A stretch of 64,000 bases of DNA from Acidobacteriota bacterium (GTDB lineage Bacteria; Acidobacteriota; Thermoanaerobaculia; Gp7-AA8). Location of the stretch: positions 340,967-404,966 of the forward strand of contig QHVT01000006.1 of the NCBI GenBank assembly GCA_003223645.1, in the 5' to 3' direction. Each line of letters begins with the position of its first letter. Positions within the stretch are counted from its first letter, which is position 1. The translations under genes and the position numbers were made by a program. This document shows positions 1 through 8,566 of the stretch, piece by piece. Below the pieces are notes generated by a model. That model worked only from the letters and a program-made list of their open reading frames with translations. It did no database searches and was not told the origin of the DNA.

Positions 1-1
1 C

Positions 2-1171
2 GGCAAGTTTCCTTACGAGATCGGCGGCGTGGGCGTGTGGATGAATCCCACGATCGATGTCGCCAACCGGCAGGTGATCTTCGGCACCGGCAATCCGAAT
101 CCCGACTTCCTCGGCGAGCTGCGCGCCGGCGACAACCTCCACAGCTGTTCCGTGGTGGCGCTCGATACCGATACCGGCAAGCTGCGCTGGGCGTTCCAGC
201 AGGTGCGCCACGACATCTGGGACTACGATCAGGCTTCGCCGCCCGTGCTCTTCACATCCACGATCAGCGGCCGGCCGGTGGAAGCCGTCGGCGCCGCGGG
301 GAAGACCGGCTGGTTCTACATCCTCGACCGCAAGACCGGCAAGCCGCTCATCGACATGATGAACCTCGAAGTGCCGCAGGATCCCAAACAGGCCACGGCC
401 AAAACGCAGCCGGTGCCGAAGAACGTCCCGCCATTCGTGACGCACAAGAACATGTGGGCGCCGCCGACGCTGGACGGCGTGCTCGTGTCGCCGGGGCTCA
501 GCGGCGGATCGGAGTGGAGCCCGCTCTCGTTCAACCCGAAGCTCAACTACGTGTATGTGTCGGCCATCGACAAGGAAGTCGTGTTCTGCCGCGTGCCGAC
601 TACCTTGCAGGAATGGAAGACCAAGCCGCCGACGCCGGAAGGTCAGGAGTGCCGCCGCGTCGCCCAGCTGGCCTACCTCGGCTCGAAAATCTCGAAGCTG
701 GACGTAGGAGGATTCGCCATCATTCCGCCGCCGCCGTTCCCTCAGCCGGTCGGCGCCTTCGTGGCCATCGACGTCAACACCGACAAGGTCGTGTGGCGTC
801 ACCCGACCGATCCGCATCCCATCGGCGGCACCCTGTCCACCGCGGGAGGCTTGGTCTTCGCAGGCGAATCGGACGGCTACTTCAACGCGCTCGACGCCAA
901 AACCGGCGCAATGCTGTGGCGTTTTCAGACCGGCTCCGGCGTCAACGCCGCACCCATGACCTACTCGGTCAAAGGGAAGCAATACATCGCCATCTCGGCA
1001 GGAGGCGTCGCCGGACAGAGCCTGCCGAACGCCGCGCAGCCCAAAGACGCAAAACAGGAGGAGAGCCCGTCGTACGTGCAGAACAAGCGGACCAACGTGC
1101 CGGATGATTGGAAGTACTTCCGGCAGGGAGGAACCGTGTTCGTGTTCGCTCTGCCCGATTTGCCGGATTGA
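2..1171 (+). CDS. PQQ-dependent (quinoprotein) dehydrogenase, C-terminal portion (5' end lies outside window)
   Basis: Open in frame from window start; repeated beta-propeller W-motifs (DTDTGKLRWAFQ, ALDAKTGAMLWRFQTGSGVNAAPMTY) typical of PQQ alcohol/glucose dehydrogenases; stop TGA at 1169-1171. Confidence 0.8.
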   Translation, partial: GKFPYEIGGVGVWMNPTIDVANRQVIFGTGNPNPDFLGELRAGDNLHSCSVVALDTDTGKLRWAFQQVRHDIWDYDQASPPVLFTSTISGRPVEAVGAAGKTGWFYILDRKTGKPLIDMMNLEVPQDPKQATAKTQPVPKNVPPFVTHKNMWAPPTLDGVLVSPGLSGGSEWSPLSFNPKLNYVYVSAIDKEVVFCRVPTTLQEWKTKPPTPEGQECRRVAQLAYLGSKISKLDVGGFAIIPPPPFPQPVGAFVAIDVNTDKVVWRHPTDPHPIGGTLSTAGGLVFAGESDGYFNALDAKTGAMLWRFQTGSGVNAAPMTYSVKGKQYIAISAGGVAGQSLPNAAQPKDAKQEESPSYVQNKRTNVPDDWKYFRQGGTVFVFALPDLPD

Positions 1172-1178
1172 GAATCAT

Positions 1179-1256
1179 TGGTGACCCCGAGAGGATTCGA
1201 ACCTCCGACCAAGAGTTTAGGAAACTCCTGCTCTATCCGTGCTGAGCTACGGGGTC
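1179..1256 (-). tRNA. tRNA-Arg (anticodon CCT)
   Basis: Reverse complement folds as cloverleaf: acceptor GACCCCG/CGGGGTC, D-arm GCTC..GAGC, anticodon stem GGAGT/ACTCT with loop TTCCTAA (anticodon CCT), T-arm GGAGG TTCGAAT CCTCT, encoded CCA. Confidence 0.85.
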
Positions 1257-1384
1257 ACGAATCTACGTTAACACGTCCACTGTTTCGCGCGATTTCAAGT
1301 GGAGCGGCGGGCTTTGCGGATGGGGGTGACGAGTCGTTTTGACGACAGCGGCGAGGACGCCGCCGGGCCTCCTCGCCGCTTCGC

Positions 1385-2884
1385 CTAATCGCGCACTTTC
1401 GCGGTGCCGTCGAAATATGCCTGGTACTTCGGCCAGCTCCACACCGCGATCTCGCGTCCGACTTTCAATCCGACGTTGTTGTCGACGGGGATGTGATAGC
1501 CGCCCATCGCGCGCGAGAGGGCGGCCATGTCGGCGGTCGCGGTCCACGTCGGCAAATCGAGCGTCATCTCTTCACCCGGATTGTCCTCGGTCAGCTCACA
1601 GTGTTTGCGCTTCTCGCAGTAGCCGTACTTGTCCGTGCCGGTGAAGAGCTCGAGGGTCTTCGAGCACGCGCCGCTGACGGTCGCATGTCCGCTCGTGTAG
1701 CCGGGGAACGGCGGCGTGACGAATGACTCCGGTGAATACGGATGCCACTCCTCGGCCGGCATGTCGCGCACGCCGCCCTTCACGCCCGCCCAGCCCTTGA
1801 CCGTCTGGCCTTTGAAGAAATAGTGGACGAGCGTCCACGGCCGCGACGAGTCGTAGTAGCGCTTCGTCTCCCAGCAGGAGATGAACGCGTCGAACGCGAC
1901 GTTCGCGACGGCGAAGTACATCTTCACGTCGGTGTCGAGATCGTGATTGTCGCGGCGCGAGACGTCCTGCGAGAAGCGCAGCCAGTGCCCGCTCTGTCCC
2001 GTCGAGCGCGGGCCGTCGCGCATGAACTCGACGATTGCTTTTTGTTCATGCGTCAGCGAGTTGTTGTACGTCAGGACCTGCGCCGCTTCTTTCTTCAGCG
2101 CGTCGGCGTCGGTCGTCGTCTTCGGCGGAGGCGGCGGGCGGAACTGCGAGCTGCTCTCCATCACGAACGGCTTCACGCGATACCAAAACGGGGTGAGAAA
2201 TCCCGGCGTGATCTGGCGGCCGTCTTTCAGTTTGAACGTGATCGGCTGCCAGCGATCGGGATCGATGATCTTGTCGGGCGGATTCACCGGCACGTAGTAC
2301 GTGTAGTCCGCGTACGGCTTGCCGTTGCCGCCCGCTTCGTCGCCGAGCTGATTTGCGCCGTCGTGCCGGCGGTAGTCGATCACCGCCTGCGCCGCGAGAT
2401 TGCCGATGCCTTCCGGCGTCGCGGGATCGACCGACTCGTTCGCCGGGTCGTATCCCATCTTCTTCATCTCGCCGTCGAGATACGCCTTCGCTTCGGGATA
2501 GACGAACAGCAGCGACTTGTACGACGCGTAGCTGATCGCCTTCTTCTTGTTCTCCAGCGTCCGCTCGTTTTCGGGGCGGCGCAGTTTGCCGCCGAGCCGC
2601 GATCCCACCGCTTTCGCGTCGTATGCGGCCCACGCATCGAACATCGCCGTCGCCCAGATCGCGAGCGTGCGCGAGACGATCGTCGGCCGCGCGCCGTTCG
2701 CATCCACCTCGCGCGCCGTCGCCTCTTCGGCGATGTCGAGCCAGACGTAGGCGAGCGAGACGTGCGATTTGTCCTCGATCGGGAGGAAATGATGCAGCGG
2801 CTTCTCCTGCGCGCACAGCGGCGCGGCGAGGAGAACGACAGCTATCGCGAGAACCAGGGCCCGATGCATGACGAAGCGGATCAA
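1385..2884 (-). CDS. PAP2 superfamily / vanadium-dependent haloperoxidase-like secreted protein
   Basis: N-terminal signal peptide; PAP2/haloperoxidase motifs KRYYDSSRP, GYTSGHAT and SRAMGGYHIPVD (K..RP / PSGH / SR..H..D) in a 499 aa protein. Confidence 0.6.
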   Translation of the reverse strand: MIRFVMHRALVLAIAVVLLAAPLCAQEKPLHHFLPIEDKSHVSLAYVWLDIAEEATAREVDANGARPTIVSRTLAIWATAMFDAWAAYDAKAVGSRLGGKLRRPENERTLENKKKAISYASYKSLLFVYPEAKAYLDGEMKKMGYDPANESVDPATPEGIGNLAAQAVIDYRRHDGANQLGDEAGGNGKPYADYTYYVPVNPPDKIIDPDRWQPITFKLKDGRQITPGFLTPFWYRVKPFVMESSSQFRPPPPPKTTTDADALKKEAAQVLTYNNSLTHEQKAIVEFMRDGPRSTGQSGHWLRFSQDVSRRDNHDLDTDVKMYFAVANVAFDAFISCWETKRYYDSSRPWTLVHYFFKGQTVKGWAGVKGGVRDMPAEEWHPYSPESFVTPPFPGYTSGHATVSGACSKTLELFTGTDKYGYCEKRKHCELTEDNPGEEMTLDLPTWTATADMAALSRAMGGYHIPVDNNVGLKVGREIAVWSWPKYQAYFDGTAKVRD

Positions 2885-2898
2885 GGAAAGTTTAGCAT

Positions 2899-2988
2899 GT
2901 GGCGACCGCTGCCCTCAGCGGTCGCGCGGTGCGAAGCGCCGCCGGCCGGCAAAGCCGGCGGTGCCGCTGAGGGCAGCGGCACCCACAA
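2899..2988. repeat. REP-like double-hairpin palindromic element (GTGGCGACCGCTGCCCTCAGCGGTCGCG ... GTGCCGCTGAGGGCAGCGGCACCCACAA), copy 1
   Basis: Two mutually reverse-complementary arms, each itself a stem-loop; same arms recur at 8380, 17228 and 63342. Confidence 0.8.
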
Positions 2989-3006
2989 AGTCGACGGCGG
3001 CAAGTG

Positions 3007-3507
3007 CTACGCCTTCGGCTTCGGCAACGGGAACTCTTCGCGCGTCGGTCCGAACATGCCGGCCGGTTTTCCGCCCGACTGGCGAATCATCATCGTGAGC
3101 TGGCCGCGGTGATGCGCGCCGTGGAGCACGATGAAGTCCCACAGGTGATCGCGCATCGGCACGTCTCCGCCGAACGTTTTGATCGGGCGGTCGAGATCTT
3201 CGGCCGTGTATCCGCTCAAACGCTCGCGCGCTTCGCGATGCACGCGCTCGTACTCCGGCGCAAGCGCTTCGACAGACTTCGGACGTTGCATTCCCGGCGG
3301 GCGCTCGTCCATCGCGTACGCGCCTTTGGCAGCGAAGAACGAGCCGTACGCCTCCCCTTCCGCGAGGTGCCAGGCCATCTCTCCGATCGACCGTCCCTCG
3401 GGGTCGGGGCGATAGTCGTATTGGTCCTTCGGAATCGTCTGCAGCAGTTTCACGGTCTTCGCGGCCTCACGGTCCCACACGTCGATGAATCGTTCGAGCT
3501 CGTTCAT
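3007..3507 (-). CDS. DinB/YfiT-like (DinB_2) metal-dependent hydrolase family protein
   Basis: 166 aa from MNELERF; HxxxH-type motif HGAHHRGQ; GGAAGGAG RBS 8 nt upstream; ATGA start/stop overlap with upstream gene. Long N-terminal extension of the 480-aa ORF is Arg-rich and rejected. Confidence 0.7.
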   Translation of the reverse strand: MNELERFIDVWDREAAKTVKLLQTIPKDQYDYRPDPEGRSIGEMAWHLAEGEAYGSFFAAKGAYAMDERPPGMQRPKSVEALAPEYERVHREARERLSGYTAEDLDRPIKTFGGDVPMRDHLWDFIVLHGAHHRGQLTMMIRQSGGKPAGMFGPTREEFPLPKPKA

Positions 3508-6479
3508 TTGCCAGCAATCTCCTTCCATGCATTCAGTGCGCGCTCGACTTCCGGCTTCAGTTTCGCGAAGCCTTCGCGCGCGTCGGGGCTCGGTGCTGCA
3601 TCCGCTCCGTCGACCGCGTCGAGCACGTTCTCGATCGCGGCGAGATAGAAGCGGAGGTTTTTCGGCGGCGGTGCGTTCGGCATGCTCGTCGATCCGAACG
3701 TGGCACTGAGACCGGCGACTTCTTCGATCCGTTTCCGCATCGGCTCGCCGGTCGTCTTCTTGTACAGCGACTCGGACTCGGTGACCGCCGCGTCGAGAGC
3801 GAAGCGCAACACGTCGATCTGCTTCGCGAGCGCGAACTGTTCGGCATACGCGGACATCGGCACTTTCACGCGCGGATCGGGATCGATGCGCAGCGGCTGT
3901 TCGAGCTTGCGATCGCCGACCGTGAGGACGACGCGATAGTCGCCCGGCGGCGCCCAGATGCCGGGGCTCCACACGCCGCGGGTTCCGGCGAGACGGATCG
4001 GCCAGACGAAGCGATGCATCCCCGGCGTCGCCGGCAGCATTACCGGCATCGGAAACCACTCCGGCGCGGTGCGCAGCTTCGCGGGATCGATCTCCGGCGG
4101 CGCGTCGGCGCTGCTGTAACGGCGCACGAGCGCGTTCTGCGCGTCGAAGATTTCGAGCGTGACCGGCGTCGCCGCGTCGAGCACATAGTCGATGTACGCG
4201 CCGGCCGGCGGATTCGACGCGAGAGGCTCGTCCTTCGGCATCGGCGTGCCGGTGAATCCCGCGAAACGGAGTCTCACTACGGCCGCCGGCGTGAAAAGGT
4301 ACGGACGTTGACCAACGCGCTGCCGCAGCGGCGTGACGTCGTCCATGATCCAGAAGCCGCGCCCATGCGTCGCGATCACGAGATCGTTGCCGTGCACGTC
4401 GATGTCGCGCACCGACGTCACCGGCAGATTCATCTGCAGCGGCTGCCACGCTTCGCCGTCATCGAACGAGACGAAAATCCCGCGCTCCGTTCCGGCGTAC
4501 AGCAAGCCTTTCACCGCGCTGTCCTCGCGGACGACATTCACCGCGTGATTCGCAGGAATGCCGTTCACGATCAGCTTCCACGACTTGCCGCCGTCGTGCG
4601 TGCGGTAGATGTACGGGTGAAAATCGTCGAGGCGATGGCGGTCGACCGCGGCGTACGCGGTCTCCGCGTCGAAGTGCGACGCGTCGATGATGCCGATCTT
4701 CGACCACGGCGTCAGCGCCGCCGGCGTGACGTTCTGCCAGTGCGCGCCTTCGTCGTGCGTGCGCCAGATCAAACCGTCATCCGTGCCGGCCCAGAGGTCG
4801 TGATCGGCGACGCGCGACGGCGCGATCGCGTAGATCACGCCGCGTCGCGGACCGGTCTGCTGATGCAGCGCCGCCGTCGCCGCGTCGAGATTCGGCGGAA
4901 CGCCGGGATCCTCGCGCGTGAGATCGGGACTGATGATCGTCCACCGATTCCCGCCATCCTCGGTGCGATACAAACGCTGGTTCGCGAAATAGAGCACGCG
5001 CGGATCGCGCACGGAAAAGACGAGAGGCAGCGTCCACGTGCGGCGCTCGTTGCCTTCGAAATGCGCGAGTGTCGGATCGACCGAGCGCGTCTGCTGCGTG
5101 CGCAGGTCGAGACGATCGACGCGGCCGCCGTAGATGATGTGATCGTCTTTCGGATCGGGCGCGATGTTGTCGCTCTCCCCTCCCGCGGTCGTCTCGCGGA
5201 AGTTCATCATCGTGATGCCGTCGATCGTGTTCGTGCGGCTCGGCAGACTCACCGCGCCGGAGTCCTGCTGCGCGCCGTAGACCTTGTACGGGAAGCTCGT
5301 GTCGGTGCTGACGTGATAGAGCTGCGCGGTCGGCTGGTTGTACCAGCTGGTCCACGTTAGGCCGCCGTTGACGGACACGACCGCGCCCTGGTCTACGCCG
5401 AGGATGCGGCGCGCGGGAAACTGCGGATCGATCCAGAGCGTGTGATAGTCGTCGCCTCCCGGCGCGCCTTTCACCGGCACGAACACTTTGCCGCCGTCGT
5501 CCGAGCGAAAGAGATTCACGTTGCACGAGTAGACGACGTCGGCGTTCTCCGGCTCGACGGTGATCTCGCCGAAATACCAGCCGCGGCTCCAAACGCGCGT
5601 GTCGCTCGACGTGCGCGTCCAATGCGCGCCCGCGTCGTCGGAGCGATACATCCCGCCTTCTTTCGCATCGACGATCGCGTACACGCGTTGCGGATTCGAC
5701 TGCGCGACGGCGAGGCCGATGCGGCCTGTATTCTCCGGAAACCCGTTGCCGCGAATCTCCGTCCAGTGGTCGCCGCCGTCCGTCGACTTGAACAAGCCGC
5801 CGTCCGGTCCGTTCGATGGCGGATAGACACTCCACGGCGGGCGGCGCGTTTCCCACAGCGCGGCGTACACCACGTTCGGATTGCCCGGCTCGAACGCGAG
5901 ATCGATCGCGCCGGCGTCGAAGCGGCTGAGGATGCGCGTCCACGTCGCGCCGCCATCGCGCGAGCGAAACACGCCGCGCTCGGTGTTCGAACCGTAGGGG
6001 TGTCCGAGGGCGCAGACGTAGACGAGATTCGGATCGGAGGGATGCACGCGGATGCGCGCGATCTGCTGCGAGTCGGCGAGGCCGATGTGCGACCACGTTT
6101 TGCCGCCGTCGGTCGAGCGATACATCCCGTTGCCCTGCGCGATGTCCGAGCGCATGTCCGATTCGCCGCTGCCGACGTAGATCACTTTCGGATTCGAAGG
6201 CGCCACCGCGATCGCGCCGATGGAACCGATCGGCTGACTGTCGAAGATCGGCTGCCACGTTCGTCCGGCGTCGCGCGTCTCCCACACGCCGCCGTTCACA
6301 CTGCCGAAGTAGAAATGCTCCGGCTCGTTCGGAACGCCGGTGACCGCGAGCACGCGTCCGCCGCGAAACGGACCGATCAAACGCCAGCGCAGATCCTGGA
6401 ACAGCGACGGATCGACGGTCGCCGCGTGGGCGAAGGCGGTGACGATGAGAAGAAGGGAGAGAAGGACTCGCTTCGACAT
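3504..6479 (-). CDS. BNR/Asp-box repeat glycosyl hydrolase-like protein (sortilin/Vps10- or GH74-like), secreted
   Basis: Signal peptide MSKRVLLSLLLIVTAFAHA; many S-x-D-x-G-x-T-W Asp-box repeats (RSTDGGKTW, RSRDGGATW, KSTDGGDHW, RSDDAGAHW, RTEDGGNRW, RTHDGGKSW). Confidence 0.65.
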   Translation of the reverse strand: MSKRVLLSLLLIVTAFAHAATVDPSLFQDLRWRLIGPFRGGRVLAVTGVPNEPEHFYFGSVNGGVWETRDAGRTWQPIFDSQPIGSIGAIAVAPSNPKVIYVGSGESDMRSDIAQGNGMYRSTDGGKTWSHIGLADSQQIARIRVHPSDPNLVYVCALGHPYGSNTERGVFRSRDGGATWTRILSRFDAGAIDLAFEPGNPNVVYAALWETRRPPWSVYPPSNGPDGGLFKSTDGGDHWTEIRGNGFPENTGRIGLAVAQSNPQRVYAIVDAKEGGMYRSDDAGAHWTRTSSDTRVWSRGWYFGEITVEPENADVVYSCNVNLFRSDDGGKVFVPVKGAPGGDDYHTLWIDPQFPARRILGVDQGAVVSVNGGLTWTSWYNQPTAQLYHVSTDTSFPYKVYGAQQDSGAVSLPSRTNTIDGITMMNFRETTAGGESDNIAPDPKDDHIIYGGRVDRLDLRTQQTRSVDPTLAHFEGNERRTWTLPLVFSVRDPRVLYFANQRLYRTEDGGNRWTIISPDLTREDPGVPPNLDAATAALHQQTGPRRGVIYAIAPSRVADHDLWAGTDDGLIWRTHDEGAHWQNVTPAALTPWSKIGIIDASHFDAETAYAAVDRHRLDDFHPYIYRTHDGGKSWKLIVNGIPANHAVNVVREDSAVKGLLYAGTERGIFVSFDDGEAWQPLQMNLPVTSVRDIDVHGNDLVIATHGRGFWIMDDVTPLRQRVGQRPYLFTPAAVVRLRFAGFTGTPMPKDEPLASNPPAGAYIDYVLDAATPVTLEIFDAQNALVRRYSSADAPPEIDPAKLRTAPEWFPMPVMLPATPGMHRFVWPIRLAGTRGVWSPGIWAPPGDYRVVLTVGDRKLEQPLRIDPDPRVKVPMSAYAEQFALAKQIDVLRFALDAAVTESESLYKKTTGEPMRKRIEEVAGLSATFGSTSMPNAPPPKNLRFYLAAIENVLDAVDGADAAPSPDAREGFAKLKPEVERALNAWKEIAGK

Positions 6480-6526
6480 CGCGCGACATCATAGTCGCGC
6501 GATGTCTTCTTCCCGTTACGAATCGG

Positions 6527-7021
6527 TTATGCGGTGACGGGCTCGTGCCGGCGCAGCGCGAGGTTCGCGAAGCCGCCGAGAGCGGCTGCGGTGAGGATCG
6601 CGGCGTTCAACGCAAGCGAAGTGTCGATGCGCAGCAGCGCGTCGAGCGAAAGCGCGCCGGGGCCGGTGAGGCCGATCGCGATCGCCGCGGCGGCGTAGAG
6701 CAGCGGCAGCTCGATGCCGTTGGAGTTCGCGAAGAGGCCGCCTTTCCAATGGACGGTGATCGCGGCGACGATCATCGTCGCGAGGACGAGCGCCGGACCG
6801 ATCGGGCCGAAGAGGCCGATCGCAACGAGCAGGCCGCCCGCGAATTCGCTCGCGCCGGCGGCGAAGGCGAAGAAGCGGCCGGGGCGGAAGCCGAGGGACT
6901 CGAAGTAGCCGCCGGTGCCGTTGAGACCGTATCCGCCGAACCAGCCGAAGAGCTTCTGCGCGCCGTGCGCGGCCATGACGATGCCGAAGATGAGCCGCAG
7001 AACCAGTAATCCTTGTGCCAT
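6527..7021 (-). CDS. DoxX family membrane protein
   Basis: Four hydrophobic segments; MAQGLLVLRLIFGIVMAAHGAQKLFG N-terminus typical of DoxX. Confidence 0.7.
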   Translation of the reverse strand: MAQGLLVLRLIFGIVMAAHGAQKLFGWFGGYGLNGTGGYFESLGFRPGRFFAFAAGASEFAGGLLVAIGLFGPIGPALVLATMIVAAITVHWKGGLFANSNGIELPLLYAAAAIAIGLTGPGALSLDALLRIDTSLALNAAILTAAALGGFANLALRRHEPVTA

Positions 7022-7135
7022 GTGACCTCCTATTTCGTAGTGACTATACTTTAGTTAGCGACTATAAGCCAGTCAGCCGCATTGGAATTCCCAGCGCCTT
7101 ACGGCTATTCTGGAAAGCGCTACGTTGGAAAAACT

Positions 7136-7492
7136 ATGGAAGCGAAAGCCCCCGAGCTCTGCGCGCAGTTCCACCAGGCGATCGAGCTGATCGGCAAGCG
7201 CTGGACCGGCGCGATCGTCTACCTCCTCCTCCGCTCCTCCTGCCGCTTCGCCACGCTCCGGGACGCGATCCCCGACATCACCGACCGCATGCTCAGCGAG
7301 CGGCTGCAGGAGCTCGAGCAGAACGGCATCGTCAGCCGCACGGTCGTGCCGGAGACGCCGGTGCGGGTCGAATACGCGCTCACGAAAAAAGGACGCGCGC
7401 TCGCCGCCGCGCTCGACGCGATCGGCGAATGGGCGCACGCGTGGGGCGCGAAGGGCGCGCGATCGAAGTCACGAAAACGGGCGCGCGCCTGA
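7136..7492 (+). CDS. HxlR-family winged-helix transcriptional regulator
   Basis: CAQFHQAIELIGKRWTGAIVYLL matches HxlR/DUF24 signature (C...IG.KW...I...L); ATG at 7136 preferred over upstream alternative start; divergent from DoxX gene. Confidence 0.75.
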   Translation: MEAKAPELCAQFHQAIELIGKRWTGAIVYLLLRSSCRFATLRDAIPDITDRMLSERLQELEQNGIVSRTVVPETPVRVEYALTKKGRALAAALDAIGEWAHAWGAKGARSKSRKRARA

Positions 7493-7530
7493 CCTGTACT
7501 ATTCTTTCCGTAAGCAGAAAGGTGGGCCCG

Positions 7531-8103
7531 ATGCTCCGTCGAGTCGCTCCCCTCCTCGTCGTCCTCTCGTTTGCGTGCGCCACCAAGCCGCCGCAGCTCG
7601 CGTACTGTCCGCCGGCGCCGTTCGCCAATTGCACCGAGGCGAAGTGCGCGCTGCAATCGGACGGCAATTACACCTGCTGGTGCGTCGAGGACACGCGCTA
7701 CTCGGCGACCTTATGGGCGGGATCGCAAGCGGCGTCCTGCAAGGACGCGACGGCGACGTATCTTCAATCGCGCTACCACCCGACCACTGCCTATCAGGTA
7801 TGCGACTCTACCGCGGCCAATCAAACGTGGGCCTGGTGCCTCGGCGTCAGCTGCAAACCATCCACGAACCCGAACGACCCGAACAGCAAGGAGAACATCG
7901 CCTGCACGTGCATCCCCGTTCCATCGGGCGTGCAGGCGGTTCCGTACATCGTTACGACGAACACCTGGTCCGCGGAGAACTGCGCGTTCAAGTATTGGTC
8001 GTCTGCGACACCCGCCGACGTCGCGCAGGCCACTTCGTTTTTGCAGAAGCAGCCCGGACTCGCCAACCTGAAGCCGCCCACCCTCCTCCAGCCGCCGAAA
8101 TGA
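7531..8103 (+). CDS. Secreted cysteine-rich hypothetical protein (lipoprotein-like signal, about 14 Cys)
   Basis: ATG at 7531 with AAAGGTGGG RBS; MLRRVAPLLVVLSFACAT signal then Cys-rich mature region (CPPAPFANCTEAKCAL, CWCVED, CTCIP); good GC3 codon bias. Confidence 0.55.
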   Translation: MLRRVAPLLVVLSFACATKPPQLAYCPPAPFANCTEAKCALQSDGNYTCWCVEDTRYSATLWAGSQAASCKDATATYLQSRYHPTTAYQVCDSTAANQTWAWCLGVSCKPSTNPNDPNSKENIACTCIPVPSGVQAVPYIVTTNTWSAENCAFKYWSSATPADVAQATSFLQKQPGLANLKPPTLLQPPK

Positions 8104-8119
8104 GCGCGATCACCGAGGC

Positions 8120-8335
8120 GCGAAGACGCCGAAGGATCTCGAAATGTGCGGAGATGTGCGTATTCAAACACATCGCAAGAGCAGTGAACGATGAAGGATG
8201 ATCGATGAAAGATGATCGATGAAGGATCCGAAATGTCATTCATCCTTCATCGTTAACGTACTCGCGGAGATCGTCGGATCTTGGCTTTTGGAATTTCGAG
8301 ATCCTTCGCCGTCTTCGCGGCTCAGGATGACGGTG
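8120..8335. repeat. Degenerate MITE-like element related to the GTCATCCTGAG family, with internal GATGAAGGATGATCGATGAAAG sub-repeats
   Basis: Contains CGAAGGATCTCGAAATG and GAGATCCTTCGCCGTCTTCGCGGCTCAGGATGAC, matching the ends of the compact element at 37639-37732. Confidence 0.5.
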
Positions 8336-8379
8336 ATTTTTTCACATCCTCAGAGGCTGTGAAAATTTCCAAGAGCTTT

Positions 8380-8475
8380 GTGGCGACCGCTGCCCTCAGC
8401 GGTCGCGGCGGCGCTACGCGCCGCTGGCGCCGCCGTGAGGCGGCGCTGTGACCGCTGAGGGCAGCGGTCACCACA
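8380..8475. repeat. REP-like double-hairpin palindromic element, copy 2
   Basis: GTGGCGACCGCTGCCCTCAGCGGTCGCGG ... CTGTGACCGCTGAGGGCAGCGGTCACCACA between convergent genes. Confidence 0.8.
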
Positions 8476-8566
8476 TCCTCATCAGGACGACGGAACTTCT
8501 GTATCGTCGAATTAGCGAATGGAGCACCAATGGAAGCGAGACGCCGGCGTTCCGATGGTCAATGGC

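Noticed and set aside
37-1107. Long Arg-rich ORFs overlapping real genes in alternative frames (also e.g. 4014-5360, 4777-6492, 9653-11809, 15743-17551, 39515-41824, 45510-47126, 56122-59067)
   Set aside because: Compositions dominated by R/A/G/D with no recognisable motifs. Each is shadowed by a gene with clear family motifs and GC3 bias. These are expected spurious ORFs in GC-rich sequence.
3508-4449. N-terminal 314-aa extension of the 480-aa ORF upstream of the DinB-like domain
   Set aside because: Extremely Arg/Ala-rich low-complexity translation typical of an antisense frame in high-GC DNA. It lies entirely inside the BNR hydrolase gene on the same strand in a different frame. A clean ATG with a GGAAGGAG RBS at 3507 gives the normal 166-aa DinB protein.
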